Assembly (NCBI GenBank): GCA_045125095.1
Contig: JBGVMW010000141.1
Coordinates: forward strand, 6,984-70,983
DNA: 64,000 nucleotides
Direction of reading: 5' to 3'
From: Lachnospiraceae bacterium
GTDB lineage: Bacteria > Bacillota > Clostridia > Lachnospirales > Lachnospiraceae
Every line of letters starts with the position of its first letter. Position 1 is the first letter of the stretch. A program made the translations under genes and the position numbers. Positions 43,142 to 53,775 of the stretch are shown here, piece after piece. Under the pieces are notes generated by a model. That model did not search any database and had not been told where the DNA came from. It was given only the letters and a program-made list of their open reading frames with translations.

Positions 43142-44677
43142 ATGAAAAAAGATTCAATTTATCGAAAAAAATGGAGTATTGGCTTTTGGGGTGGTACAAT
43201 TTTTGCAGTGGTGCTTGCGATTCTTTTTGCAGAAGGTGTTTCGTTTCAAAATATGAAGACAGGTTATGTTACTTGTACTGTAAATGGTGAGGAATTAGGA
43301 GCCTTTCATAGTGAGCAGGAGGTGCAGGAACTTGTTCAGGAAGCGCGTTTGGAGGCAGGAAAGGAGACAGGAACCTTATCGCTTGTCGACTTGCAGGTGC
43401 AGTGCTACGAGAAACAAGATTTGTTTGCACGGATGACAGATGTTTCTATGGCAAAGGACAAGCTGAAAACATTGCTTAAAAAAGAAGATGAGCGACAGAA
43501 CCAGCAGGCTTATATTGTAAAAATAAATGAATACACAGTAACACTTGGTTCCAAAGAAGATGTGATTGCGTTGCTTGAGACAGCTGTTGCAAAGTATGAT
43601 ACAAGTGAAAAATTTGCTGTAGAATTAGAGGATGACAGCGAGGATGGTCAGATTTATCATGCAAGAATTGTAGGAGTAAGCCATTCTGCCAGAGATGCTT
43701 CTGCAGTAACATTAAACAGTGGTATCGGTTCTGTGACAGATGAACTGCATTATGGTGATTGTAATCTGTTGAGTTATGAGGAAGGAACTGTTCTTGTGGA
43801 ATTCGAAGAACCGGTAGAAGTGGTAGAGGGTTATGCACCTTCCACGGAGGTTATGTCCTTGCAGGCGGCAATTGAGGAAGTGACGAAAGAAAAAGAAACA
43901 AACCAGATGTATGAGATACAGTCGGGAGATTCTTTATCTCTCATTGCGTATGAGCATGATACAACAATGGAGTCTATCATAGCACTGAATGACAATATTG
44001 ATGATGAAAATTCTGTTATTATTGCAGGGCAGGAAATTATTATCAGTGTGCCGGAACCAGAATTGTCAGTAGTGACAATGGCGCAGGAAGCATATAATGA
44101 AGATTATAAGGCAGATACTATCTATATAGAGAATGATTCTTGGTTTACAAACCAAACAGAAGTAAGACAAGAAGCAACTACAGGTAATCGTGATGTGGTT
44201 GCTCAGATAACGTACCGTAATGGAAAAGAGGTATTCAGAAATATCATTCAGGAAACGGTGAATAAAGAGTCGCAGCCGGCTATTGTAGAGAGAGGAACCA
44301 TTGTTCCACCTACTTATATAAAGCCTTTATATGGAGGTATTTTTACTTCCGGATTCAAATATCGTTGGGGAAGATGGCACAAAGGTCTCGATTATGCGTG
44401 TCCGGTGGGAACTTCTATTATGGCGTCCAGTGGTGGTGTTGTATCAGCAGCAGGCTGGTCAAGTGGTTATGGTTATTGCGTTCGTATTAAGCATCCGGAT
44501 GGAAGGGAAACCAGATATGCACATTTAAGCAAGATTCTGGTACATGCCGGACAGCAGGTGAAACAGGGAGAAAAAATTGCTCTTAGTGGTAACACAGGAA
44601 GAAGTACAGGCCCTCATGTGCATTTTGAAATATTAATCAATGGTACACAGGTCGATCCGCTAAAATATATGAATTAA
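43142..44677 (+). CDS. Membrane-anchored M23 peptidase with LysM and G5-like domains
   Basis: N-terminal TM, LysM (YEIQSGDSLSLIAYEHDTTMESIIALN), a G5-like segment (...ITYRNGKEV...IVERGT), and M23 motifs HKGLDY and GPHVHFEI. Confidence 0.88.
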   Translation: MKKDSIYRKKWSIGFWGGTIFAVVLAILFAEGVSFQNMKTGYVTCTVNGEELGAFHSEQEVQELVQEARLEAGKETGTLSLVDLQVQCYEKQDLFARMTDVSMAKDKLKTLLKKEDERQNQQAYIVKINEYTVTLGSKEDVIALLETAVAKYDTSEKFAVELEDDSEDGQIYHARIVGVSHSARDASAVTLNSGIGSVTDELHYGDCNLLSYEEGTVLVEFEEPVEVVEGYAPSTEVMSLQAAIEEVTKEKETNQMYEIQSGDSLSLIAYEHDTTMESIIALNDNIDDENSVIIAGQEIIISVPEPELSVVTMAQEAYNEDYKADTIYIENDSWFTNQTEVRQEATTGNRDVVAQITYRNGKEVFRNIIQETVNKESQPAIVERGTIVPPTYIKPLYGGIFTSGFKYRWGRWHKGLDYACPVGTSIMASSGGVVSAAGWSSGYGYCVRIKHPDGRETRYAHLSKILVHAGQQVKQGEKIALSGNTGRSTGPHVHFEILINGTQVDPLKYMN

Positions 44678-45090
44678 TAAGGAAAAAAATAGCCAGTATA
44701 ACCAAAACATATGTTTATGCTAAAAAATGATGAACGAGAAAATTATAAAATCGTCAAAATTTTAAGAAAAACAAAAGAAGAAATCTTTTAAAAATTGCAA
44801 AGAAGGCACATAATTTTATAATTGTGTGTCTTTTTTTTTGGTTTACAAATATCAAACTTATGTTATAATGTAAAATATCGGGTAAGAAAAGAACGCCAAA
44901 GGAAGGGGTTCATTTTATCCGCTTCTTTTAGAATATAAATAATTTAAGATATACAAAAATTACGGCAGAGTTCGTTAAATATAATTGAGAAAACAGAAAA
45001 TAGCCGAACACACAATGGGTATCGGCTGTTTTTCTGTGGACAAAAAAACGGAATTAGACAGATAGTAAAATAAAAATGTAGAGGTGCGTT

Positions 45091-46383
45091 ATGGAACAGT
45101 ACGTGATAAAGGGAGGAAACCCTTTAGTTGGTGAAGTGGTAATTGGTGGTGCAAAGAATGCGGCTTTGGCGATTTTAGCAGCAGCAATTATGACAGATGA
45201 AACGGTAGTGATTGATAATCTTCCTGATGTAAGGGATATTAATGTATTATTACAGGCAATCTCCGGCATTGGTGCCATGGTAGAGCGTGTTGACCGTCAT
45301 ACTGTTAAAATCAATGGTTCGACTATTACAAATGCAAGTATTGAGTATGATTATATTAAAAAGATTCGTGCGTCCTATTATTTGTTGGGAGCATTATTAG
45401 GAAAATACCAGAAGGCAGAGGTGGCGCTTCCGGGTGGTTGTGATATTGGAAGCAGACCGATTGACCAGCATATTAAAGGATTCCGTGCATTGGGAGCGGA
45501 GGTAAATATTGAGCATGGTCTGATTCTCGCAGAAGCAGATGAGTTAGTGGGAAATCATATTTACATGGATATGGTTTCTGTTGGTGCGACTATCAATGTA
45601 ATGTTAGTAGCAGCACTGGCGAAAGGTAGAACTATTATCGAAAATGCGGCAAAAGAACCACATGTTGTTGACGTTGCCAATTTCTTAAATAGTATGGGTG
45701 CTAACATTAAAGGTGCCGGAACAGATGTAATCCGCATCAAAGGTGTTGAAAAACTACATAAAACAGAATATTCTATCATTCCTGATCAGATTGAAGCGGG
45801 AACATTTATGTTTGCGGCTGCGGCAACGAAGGGTGATGTAACGGTAAAGAATGTAATTCCCAAGCATTTAGAGGCAACTACTGCAAAATTATTAGAAATC
45901 GGATGTGAGATAGAGGAATTTGATGATGCAGTACGTGTCGTAGCGTCAAAACCATTACGTCATACTCATGTAAAAACATTGCCATATCCGGGATATCCAA
46001 CAGATATGCAGCCACAGATTGCTGTAACATTGGGATTGGCAGAAGGAACCAGTATTGTAACGGAATCTATTTTTGAAAATAGATTTAAATATGTAGGAGA
46101 ACTTGCACGTATGGGTGCCAGCATTAAGGTAGAGGGGAATACGGCTATTATTGATGGTGTGCCAAAGTACATGGGTGCCAAGGTAAATGCCCCTGATTTA
46201 CGTGCCGGTGCAGCGTTGGTCATTGCAGGTCTGGCAGCAGACGGTGTGACAGAGATTGAAGACATTCATTACATTGACAGAGGTTATGAGGATTTCGATG
46301 GAAAGATTCGCAGCCTGGGTGGTCAGATTGAGCGTATTGATAATGAACGAGATTTAAAGAAATTTGGCTTTAAGGTAGTGTAA
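45091..46383 (+). CDS. murA: UDP-N-acetylglucosamine 1-carboxyvinyltransferase
   Basis: GGAKNAALAILAA, active-site loop LPGGCDIGSRPIDQH, and DLRAGAALVIAGL. Confidence 0.95.
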   Translation: MEQYVIKGGNPLVGEVVIGGAKNAALAILAAAIMTDETVVIDNLPDVRDINVLLQAISGIGAMVERVDRHTVKINGSTITNASIEYDYIKKIRASYYLLGALLGKYQKAEVALPGGCDIGSRPIDQHIKGFRALGAEVNIEHGLILAEADELVGNHIYMDMVSVGATINVMLVAALAKGRTIIENAAKEPHVVDVANFLNSMGANIKGAGTDVIRIKGVEKLHKTEYSIIPDQIEAGTFMFAAAATKGDVTVKNVIPKHLEATTAKLLEIGCEIEEFDDAVRVVASKPLRHTHVKTLPYPGYPTDMQPQIAVTLGLAEGTSIVTESIFENRFKYVGELARMGASIKVEGNTAIIDGVPKYMGAKVNAPDLRAGAALVIAGLAADGVTEIEDIHYIDRGYEDFDGKIRSLGGQIERIDNERDLKKFGFKVV

Positions 46384-46451
46384 TGTCTGAAATTTCCTAT
46401 AAAAAGTACTTGCAAAAATTGTAAAACTATGTATACTTATTAAAGTGAATA

Positions 46452-46613
46452 TGATACCTTTTATTCAGAGTGGTGGAGATACAAAGGATCTGTGAAGCCA
46501 CGGCAACCCCTTAAAAGGAAGGTGCCAACCTGAGCGATTGCCATTTACAATGGTTGTTCGAACAATAAGAGGATTTGTAAAAAAAACGAATCCGCTTATT
46601 GCGGATTTTTTTT
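46452..46613 (+). promoter_or_regulatory. SAM-I (S-box) riboswitch with terminator, controlling metK
   Basis: TTATTCAGAGTGGTGGAGATAC...GAAGCCACGGCAACC...AAGGTGCCAACCTGAGCG...AACAATAAGAGG closes P1. The terminator is AATCCGC-TTATT-GCGGATT followed by T8. A TTGCAA-16-TATACT promoter lies at 46410-46437. Confidence 0.85.
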
Positions 46614-46678
46614 ATATACTATGGAAATACAACGGTTTATTATAGAATGTAATATTTGAATTTCTTAGAATATAAAAA
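46606..46678. repeat. Repeat R copy 3, inside the metK leader
   Basis: TTTTTTATATACTATGGAAATACAACGGTTTATTATAGAATGTAATATTTGAATTTCTTAGAATATAAAAAT. Confidence 0.8.
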
Positions 46679-46745
46679 TACAATGCGCAAAAAGATACTT
46701 ATTAACATAATTTTCATTCCTTTGAAAAAGGAGAAAGGTGATAAA

Positions 46746-47927
46746 ATGGAAAGATTTTTATTTACATCAGAATCAGTTACCGAAGGACATCCTGATAAAA
46801 TCTGTGATGCAGTATCTGATGCAATTTTGGATGCGATGATGGAGCAGGATCCAATGAGCCGTGTTGCTTGTGAGACACTTACTAACACAGGATTTATTAT
46901 GGTTATGGGTGAGCTTACTTCCAATGCACAGGTAGACATTCCAAAGGTAGTGCGCGACACAGTTGTAGAAATTGGTTATGACCGTTCTGAATATGGATTT
47001 GATGGTAATACATGTGCGGTAATGGTAGCATTGGACAAGCAGTCACCAGACATTGCTATGGGTGTTGATAAAGCATTAGAAGCAAGAGAAGGTTCTTTGG
47101 AAGATGATTTAGACACTGGTGCAGGTGACCAGGGTATGATGTTTGGATATGCAACAAATGAAACAGAAGAATATATGCCATATCCAATTGCATTGGCACA
47201 CAAGCTGTCAAGACGTTTAACAGAGGTTCGTAAAAATGGTACATTACCATATTTAAGACCAGATGGTAAGACTCAGGTGACGGTAGAGTACGATAAAAAT
47301 AACAAGCCAATCCGTTTAGAGGCAGTTGTATTATCCACTCAGCATAACCCGGATGTGACACAGGAGCAGATTCATGAAGATATCATGAGAGAAGTATTTG
47401 ATGTAGTACTTCCGGCAGAACTTCGTGATGAAAATACAAAATATTTTATTAATCCAACTGGTCGTTTCGTTATCGGTGGACCTAACGGAGATAGCGGTTT
47501 GACAGGCCGTAAGATTATCGTAGACACATACGGTGGATGGGCTCGCCACGGCGGCGGTGCATTCTCTGGTAAGGACTGCACAAAGGTTGACCGTTCTGCA
47601 GCTTACGCAGCACGTTATGTTGCAAAAAACATTGTTGCAGCAGGCTTGGCTGATAAGTGTGAAATTCAGTTATCCTATGCAATTGGTGTAGCACAGCCAA
47701 CTTCCATCATGGTAGACACGTTCGGCACAGGAAAGATTTCAGAAGACGAATTAGTAAAAGCTATCCGTGAAAACTTTGATTTACGTCCGGCTGGTATTAT
47801 TAAGATGTTGGATCTTAGAAGACCGATTTACAAGCAGACAGCAGCTTACGGACATTTCGGACGTAATGACTTGAATTTACCTTGGGAGCAGACAGATAAG
47901 GTTGAAGCATTGAAGAAATATTTATAA
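46746..47927 (+). CDS. metK: S-adenosylmethionine synthetase
   Basis: [28 protein letters not shown], and [15 protein letters not shown]. Confidence 0.96.
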   Translation: MERFLFTSESVTEGHPDKICDAVSDAILDAMMEQDPMSRVACETLTNTGFIMVMGELTSNAQVDIPKVVRDTVVEIGYDRSEYGFDGNTCAVMVALDKQSPDIAMGVDKALEAREGSLEDDLDTGAGDQGMMFGYATNETEEYMPYPIALAHKLSRRLTEVRKNGTLPYLRPDGKTQVTVEYDKNNKPIRLEAVVLSTQHNPDVTQEQIHEDIMREVFDVVLPAELRDENTKYFINPTGRFVIGGPNGDSGLTGRKIIVDTYGGWARHGGGAFSGKDCTKVDRSAAYAARYVAKNIVAAGLADKCEIQLSYAIGVAQPTSIMVDTFGTGKISEDELVKAIRENFDLRPAGIIKMLDLRRPIYKQTAAYGHFGRNDLNLPWEQTDKVEALKKYL

Positions 47928-47962
47928 AAAGTGATGCAATCCGCGGGTATAGTGCCGGCGGA

Positions 47963-48034
47963 TTTTTTATATACTAGGGAATTATAACGGTTTATTATGG
48001 AATGTGATATATGCAATTTCCTAGTATATAAAAA
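47963..48034. repeat. Repeat R copy 4
   Basis: TTTTTTATATACTAGGGAATTATAACGGTTTATTATGGAATGTGATATATGCAATTTCCTAGTATATAAAAAT, directly after the metK terminator. Confidence 0.85.
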
Positions 48035-48119
48035 TACTTTGATAATAAAAATATATTGTCATTTCCCCTTAAATACCGTATACTATGAAAAAAGAGACGT
48101 GCGGTAAGGAGGTTGGACT

Positions 48120-48554
48120 GTGGATATTTATACAACAATCAATGATGTATTAGTAAAACTATTTCGTGATATTATGCACCTGGAAGAAAAAGCAGTGATT
48201 ACAGAAGAATTTAAGGATATTACCAGCAATGATATGCATATTATTGAAGTGGTGGGACTGCAAAAAACGAAAAATATGTCTACAGTAGCAAAAGAATTAT
48301 CGGTTACGGTAGGAACACTGACAATAGCTATGAACAGCTTAGTGAAGAAAGGGTATGTGACCCGAGTAAGAAGTGAGGAGGATCGGCGCGTGGTTCTATT
48401 ATCACTGTCAGACAAGGGAAAAGCGGCATATAATCATCACAAGCAATTCCATCAGAAGATGGTAGAGGCTACAGTCGATCGCTTAAATGAAGAAGAAAAA
48501 AAAGTGCTGACAAAAGCATTACAGAATTTATATCAATATTTTCAAGAATTATAA
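48120..48554 (+). CDS. MarR-family transcriptional regulator
   Basis: Winged HTH: MSTVAKELSVTVGTLTIAMNSLVKKGYVTRVRSEEDRRVVLLSLSDKG. GTG start. Confidence 0.85.
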   Translation: MDIYTTINDVLVKLFRDIMHLEEKAVITEEFKDITSNDMHIIEVVGLQKTKNMSTVAKELSVTVGTLTIAMNSLVKKGYVTRVRSEEDRRVVLLSLSDKGKAAYNHHKQFHQKMVEATVDRLNEEEKKVLTKALQNLYQYFQEL

Positions 48555-48929
48555 TAGTTGCTTACAAAAAAGAGACGATAACAAAAATTCGAACGCAGAT
48601 AGCTGCGAATAGTAATTTTTAATACCGTCTCTTTTATTATGTTATTTAGAAAGACAAAAGTCTTGTAAATTCAAAACTCCACACCTATTGTGGAACGACA
48701 CAAACCACGCAAGGTATGGAGCCTTAAAAAATAAAAGGATGAAAAAGATGAGATAAAAACAATGTATTGTTTGTTTTTACAAGTAATAATATACTTAGAG
48801 CGTGTGAACCCGGAATGAACAAAATGTAAACAAATTGTAAACATTGATAAAAAATGACATATTTTGTGATATACAAGTTTCGGTGTGTCAGATATACAGC
48901 TGAAAACCGCATATTTGCTGGAATTCTAG

Positions 48930-50666
48930 TTACAAATATAATTTTTTTAACCGTGTTTGCAGTAAGGAGAATGGTGCAGAACCGGATTCCAGTAAAAAAC
49001 TATGGAATTCTTTTGGATCATAATCCTCTTTCATATTTTGCATGGCATAGTCCCGTAATCCTCGGAATTCCAAATAGCCAATGCAATATTTTAAATAATT
49101 TGCGGGTTCTTCAATAATATAGTGATACACAGATTGACAGGCTTCCTCGTTAGTAATGCCGAAGTTAGTTAGAAAACTGGTGACTTCTTTTAATTTCCAT
49201 CCTTCTCCATGAATGCCCATATCTAATCGGGCGTACAGATATAGGTTCAGAGCATTTTCAATCCGCAAATATTCACTGGAAGCAGAGTCAATGCCACTGA
49301 AATCATAAGCGTACATTTCTACATAGGTTGCCCAGCCTTCTGTATATCCGCCATAATATAGAAGGCTGCGAATTGGTGGCAGTTCATAAGAAGCAGCCAT
49401 GGTATTCTGATACAGGTGTCCTGGATATCCTTCGTGTGCCAGAGTGGTGTACAAATCAAGCTGCTTTTTTTGACGACCATTATTGATGTAAATGACATTA
49501 GAGCTGGCATCATCGATAGGTGGTGTCAGGTAAAAAGCGGGACTCAAATAATCTTCCATGGATTTGTCTACATATTTTACAGTATAATTGACATCTACCG
49601 GCGTAGGAAAATCAGACTGCATTTGCTCTTGTAAATGCTTTAACATTTCTTCCGGTGTGGCATCTGAGGTAAAGGTGAGGCTGGAGGTCTCCAAAGAAGG
49701 ATTTTCTTTTATAATTTCTTGCATATTAGAAATATCCTCCATAAAATAATAAGACAGCAGATTGCTCATTTCTTCAATAGAACGGTCTGAGCCGGTAGTC
49801 TGTCTGGCAAGGTATTCATAATATTCGCTTCCTCTGTCTAAATAGTAAAGACCGCCATCAATACCAGGATGTTCAGAGGAAATGGCTGTCAGCCCATTAA
49901 CTAGTGTTTCATAGGCGGGAAGAACTTCATCTTCTATACAGAGTTTATTCATAGAAATGTATTTGTTTTTTTCAGAAGCAGTTAAACCTTCTACAGCATT
50001 AAGGCGAGAGACAAAAGATGAAAGTAAAAAATTATTTTCCTGAGATAAAAATGAATTACACTGGTCACAGATATCCTGTACAGCGAACTCAGCCATAAAT
50101 AATTCCTTATCAGCTTTTTTCTGTTCAAAATCTAAAATGCTGTTAAAATAATTAGGAACATCAGATAGTAATGCCAGGTAGGTATCAATATCTTCTTTTG
50201 TATAAAAGGTATATTCACTTAATAGAATGGGAAGTTGTGCCTGAATACCGGTTGTGGGACTTAATGGTTCCGAATAAAAGGTATATGTATAGCCTTCAAT
50301 GGTATTTTCCAGATAATGGTGTAGTACATCATACTGGAAAGTCATATTTTCAGAAAGTCCGGTGGTATCTATCTGGTTTAATTCCTTCAAACAGGCAATC
50401 GTGTTCTGCTGTTCCGTTTCCAGAGTTGCGGTATCGTAGCTGCCAAGAGTAGGTGTGATGTCGGTAATGCCATAATCGGCAGGGTTTTTTAGTGTGTAGT
50501 GAAGTGTTAGCGTGTTTTCGGTTATTTCATCTTGGAATAGTTCATTCATAAAGGTTTCAAGTTCGGAAGAAGTGCTTACCGATTCTTTATCAGAGTGACA
50601 TCCTGTCAATGTAATGCTACACACTAGGAGTAAAAGCAGAGAAATAGGATGTGTATTTGTTTTCAT
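48930..50666 (-). CDS. DUF885-family lipoprotein (metallopeptidase-like)
   Basis: Lipobox LLVCSITLTG-C. The motif HEGYPGHLYQ and the overall length are typical of DUF885. Confidence 0.78.
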   Translation of the reverse strand: MKTNTHPISLLLLLVCSITLTGCHSDKESVSTSSELETFMNELFQDEITENTLTLHYTLKNPADYGITDITPTLGSYDTATLETEQQNTIACLKELNQIDTTGLSENMTFQYDVLHHYLENTIEGYTYTFYSEPLSPTTGIQAQLPILLSEYTFYTKEDIDTYLALLSDVPNYFNSILDFEQKKADKELFMAEFAVQDICDQCNSFLSQENNFLLSSFVSRLNAVEGLTASEKNKYISMNKLCIEDEVLPAYETLVNGLTAISSEHPGIDGGLYYLDRGSEYYEYLARQTTGSDRSIEEMSNLLSYYFMEDISNMQEIIKENPSLETSSLTFTSDATPEEMLKHLQEQMQSDFPTPVDVNYTVKYVDKSMEDYLSPAFYLTPPIDDASSNVIYINNGRQKKQLDLYTTLAHEGYPGHLYQNTMAASYELPPIRSLLYYGGYTEGWATYVEMYAYDFSGIDSASSEYLRIENALNLYLYARLDMGIHGEGWKLKEVTSFLTNFGITNEEACQSVYHYIIEEPANYLKYCIGYLEFRGLRDYAMQNMKEDYDPKEFHSFLLESGSAPFSLLQTRLKKLYL

Positions 50667-50726
50667 AATTCACCAGTAGTAAGGTTTTTATTAATATATG
50701 AAAAAATGTGAGGAGATATTACGAGT

Positions 50727-50801
50727 ATGGATTTTTGCCTGCAACCACTACTTTTTCATACGGACTGAGCAGTCTACCACAGTCCTATTCTGAATAGTTA
50801 C
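50727..50801 (-). repeat. Repeat D copy 3 (inverted)
   Basis: The reverse complement reads GTAACTATTCAGAATAGGACTGTGGTAGACTGCTCAGTCCGTATGAAAAAGTAGTGGTTGCAGGCAAAAATCCAT. Confidence 0.75.
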
Positions 50802-50992
50802 AAATTCTACATAAACATTTATGTATTCTAAAAAAGGCACAAAGTCTGCATAATAACTGAAAAAAATAAAATAAAATGAAATTTCACACAAAATATGAAT
50901 GACAAATGTCGTATAAAGTGATAAAATAATAAATGTGAGGGAAAATGAAGGGCACAGATTTTTCTTGCAAAAATGAGTATAAGAGGTGGGTA

Positions 50993-53065
50993 ATGCGTAT
51001 GAGAAGAACCTTAAAAGTGAGAATTACAGCTGCAGTTGTCGGGGCAGTAATTCTTGTATCGGGATTGGTTGGAGGAGTTTGTTTTTCGGAATCAAGAAGA
51101 ATTGTATTTAAAGATGCAAAAGAGATTCTTACCTTAACCAGTAGTAATCAGGCAACAAAGTTAAATGGGATGTTTGCGCAGATTGAGCAGTCTGTAAATA
51201 CACTGACTGATATGACATTAGCGGAGATTGAAGATTTTGACAGGTTTAAAACGGATTCCGCTTATGTGACACAATGTACAGAAGCACTCGAAGCAAGTGT
51301 GCTGGAGTTAGCTACCAATACAAATGGTGCGATTACGGCGTATGTTCGATATAATCCTGAATTTACAGATCCAACGTCCGGAATTTTTCTTTCGAAATCC
51401 GGTGATAGTTATGAATATCTGACACCAACAGATTTTAGCATGTATGACCCGTCAGATTTGGAACATGTAGGCTGGTATTATATTCCGGTTGAGGCTGGGG
51501 AACCTATCTGGATGGACCCATATCTGAATGAAAATATTAATACCTATATGATTTCTTATGTAGTACCAATTTATATTGATGGTGTATCGGTAGGTATCGT
51601 GGGAATGGATATTGATTTTGCTGTGATACAGAATCAGATTGCAGATATGAAGGCATTTCAGACAGGTTATGCCTATTTAACCAATAATCAAGATAGTATT
51701 TTATATCATAAGGATTATGAAGTAGGCATGAAAGCAGAAGAGGTTATAAAGGAAGATGCGGCTATTATTTCAGATGCTTCTATGGAAGGAACTGTGCAGG
51801 ATATTGGCGATCATCAGATTACATATTCCGTACTTGATAATGGCATGAAATTAGTAGTTACTGTTCCGGAAAGTGAATTAAAAGGTGAGATGAACCAGCT
51901 TTCTGCTACTATTATGCTGGTAGTAGTGATAGGTTTGATTGCTTCTTTCGTATATGCAATATTTATCAGTATTAGTATTTCCAAGCCGATTAAGCTATTG
52001 ACTAAGATTATTAAAAAGACAGCTGATTTTGATTTGGCACCGAATGAAGGTAGTAAGAAACTGATGAAGCGGACAGATGAAACCGGTGATATGGCAAAGG
52101 CGGTTCATCAGATGCGGAACAAGCTGAGAGAAATGACGAAAAATATTGATGCTTCCTGTATGGCTTTGCATGAAAATATTTCATCCTTACAGCAGGCTTC
52201 TGAGGCAATTGACAGTATTGCAGAGTCTAATTCTGCTCTAACACAGGAATTGGCTGCAGGAATGCAGGAATCTACGGATGCTACAGTATCTATGCAGGAG
52301 AGCATTGCAGATGTAAATGAAAATGCAGTTTCCATTGAGCAGCTTTCAAAAGATGGTAGCAATTTATCAAAAGAAATTATGAAACGAGCAGTGGAGCTTG
52401 GTGTAACAACAAAAGATGCATCGGATAAGACAAAAGAAATGTACAACAATGTGAAGCAGGATACAGAGCTTGCATTACAAAAATCAAAAGCAGTGCAAAA
52501 GATTGGTGAACTTGCAGATGCTATTTCTGAGATTTCTACCCAGACAGGGCTTCTTGCTTTGAATGCCTCTATTGAAGCGGCAAGAGCAGGAGAGGCAGGC
52601 AAAGGCTTTGCCGTAGTAGCAACAGAGATTACCAAGTTGTCCAATCAGACAGCAGAGACCGTGGCGAATATCAGTGATATCGTAAAGGAAGTTAACGATG
52701 CGGTTGCAGATATGGCAAAATGCTTGGATATTTCCATGGAATTTATGGGCAAATCCGTCTTGGCTGATTATGAGAACTTTGGAAATGTAAGTGAGCAATA
52801 TAAGAAAGACGCAATTGTTATTGAAGATAGCATGAACAATGTTAACAGAGCAATTGTTGCGTTGACAGAGTATATTATGCAGATAAAGGCGGCAGTGGAA
52901 GGTATCAGCAAGACAGCTGGTGAATCAAGCATTAGTATTAATGAGATTGCAGAAAGCACATCCGATATGGCAGAAAAGACAAGTAATAATGCAGATATGG
53001 TAAATGACAGTATGGAAAAAATTGATATACTGAAAGACATTGTAAGCCAGTTTAATGTGCAGTAA
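50993..53065 (+). CDS. Methyl-accepting chemotaxis protein with a Cache-type extracellular sensor and HAMP
   Basis: Two TM segments flank a ~280-aa Cache-like region (GWYYIP..G.P.W.DPY...ISYVVPIY), followed by HAMP and the signalling tip [24 protein letters not shown]. Confidence 0.9.
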   Translation: MRMRRTLKVRITAAVVGAVILVSGLVGGVCFSESRRIVFKDAKEILTLTSSNQATKLNGMFAQIEQSVNTLTDMTLAEIEDFDRFKTDSAYVTQCTEALEASVLELATNTNGAITAYVRYNPEFTDPTSGIFLSKSGDSYEYLTPTDFSMYDPSDLEHVGWYYIPVEAGEPIWMDPYLNENINTYMISYVVPIYIDGVSVGIVGMDIDFAVIQNQIADMKAFQTGYAYLTNNQDSILYHKDYEVGMKAEEVIKEDAAIISDASMEGTVQDIGDHQITYSVLDNGMKLVVTVPESELKGEMNQLSATIMLVVVIGLIASFVYAIFISISISKPIKLLTKIIKKTADFDLAPNEGSKKLMKRTDETGDMAKAVHQMRNKLREMTKNIDASCMALHENISSLQQASEAIDSIAESNSALTQELAAGMQESTDATVSMQESIADVNENAVSIEQLSKDGSNLSKEIMKRAVELGVTTKDASDKTKEMYNNVKQDTELALQKSKAVQKIGELADAISEISTQTGLLALNASIEAARAGEAGKGFAVVATEITKLSNQTAETVANISDIVKEVNDAVADMAKCLDISMEFMGKSVLADYENFGNVSEQYKKDAIVIEDSMNNVNRAIVALTEYIMQIKAAVEGISKTAGESSISINEIAESTSDMAEKTSNNADMVNDSMEKIDILKDIVSQFNVQ

Positions 53066-53295
53066 GAGTAAAAGTCATAGATAAAATGAGAATAGGAACT
53101 ACCGGTCATGAGTCATGGCTGGTAGTTTTTATATACTGGTATATAAAAAGTGATGCGCACGAAATTTGTTGAACCCATCTATTGTCCAGTTTATGGAATC
53201 GTGATATGATAGTAAGGATGTACTGGTATAGTTATTTACAAGATGCTATACGACTGAAATGTGAAAAGAAACAGAATAGAGGAGGACATACAATT

Positions 53296-53772
53296 ATGGG
53301 AAAAGTATTTAAATTCCATACAGATGTAGATACCGACCAGATTATCGCGTCACAGTATTTACTATTTTCAACAATTGATGAAATGAAAGCATATACCTTT
53401 GAATCTCTTGATAAGGATTTTGCAAAAAAGGTTCAGCCGGGAGATTTTGTAGTAGCCTGTGAGAACTTTGGTTGTGGTTCATCCAGAGAACAGGCACCAA
53501 GCGTATTAAAAGCATTAGGAGTAAAAGCAGTTATTGCAAAATCATTTGCAAGAATCTTTTATCGAAATGCAATTAACATTGGTCTTCCTGTAATTGTGTG
53601 TAAAGATTTATATGATAATATAGAAGCCGGAGATGATATGGAATTGTCATTGACAGACGGTATTGTGACAACAGGCGGAAAAGAATATGTATGTACAAAA
53701 CTTCCACCATACATGCAGGGAATCTTAGACCAGGGTGGTCTGATTGCATCATTAAATAAGGAGGAATCGTAA
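53296..53772 (+). CDS. Aconitase-family dehydratase small subunit (LeuD-like, short archaeal-type), pair 1
   Basis: DVDTDQII, the swivel-domain motif [12 protein letters not shown], and [14 protein letters not shown]. Confidence 0.85.
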   Translation: MGKVFKFHTDVDTDQIIASQYLLFSTIDEMKAYTFESLDKDFAKKVQPGDFVVACENFGCGSSREQAPSVLKALGVKAVIAKSFARIFYRNAINIGLPVIVCKDLYDNIEAGDDMELSLTDGIVTTGGKEYVCTKLPPYMQGILDQGGLIASLNKEES

Positions 53773-53775
53773 ATC

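Noticed and set aside
52108-52644. 178-aa and neighbouring 104- and 113-aa ORFs antisense to the MCP gene
   Set aside because: Ala/Ser-rich shadow ORFs are expected opposite the repetitive coiled-coil coding region of an MCP. No start context supports them.
53066-53295. T-box or leucine-type leader upstream of the first LeuD-like gene
   Set aside because: The region holds only the MCP terminator, a minimal repeat R and a TTGTCC-17-TATGAT promoter. There is no specifier hairpin or T-box sequence.
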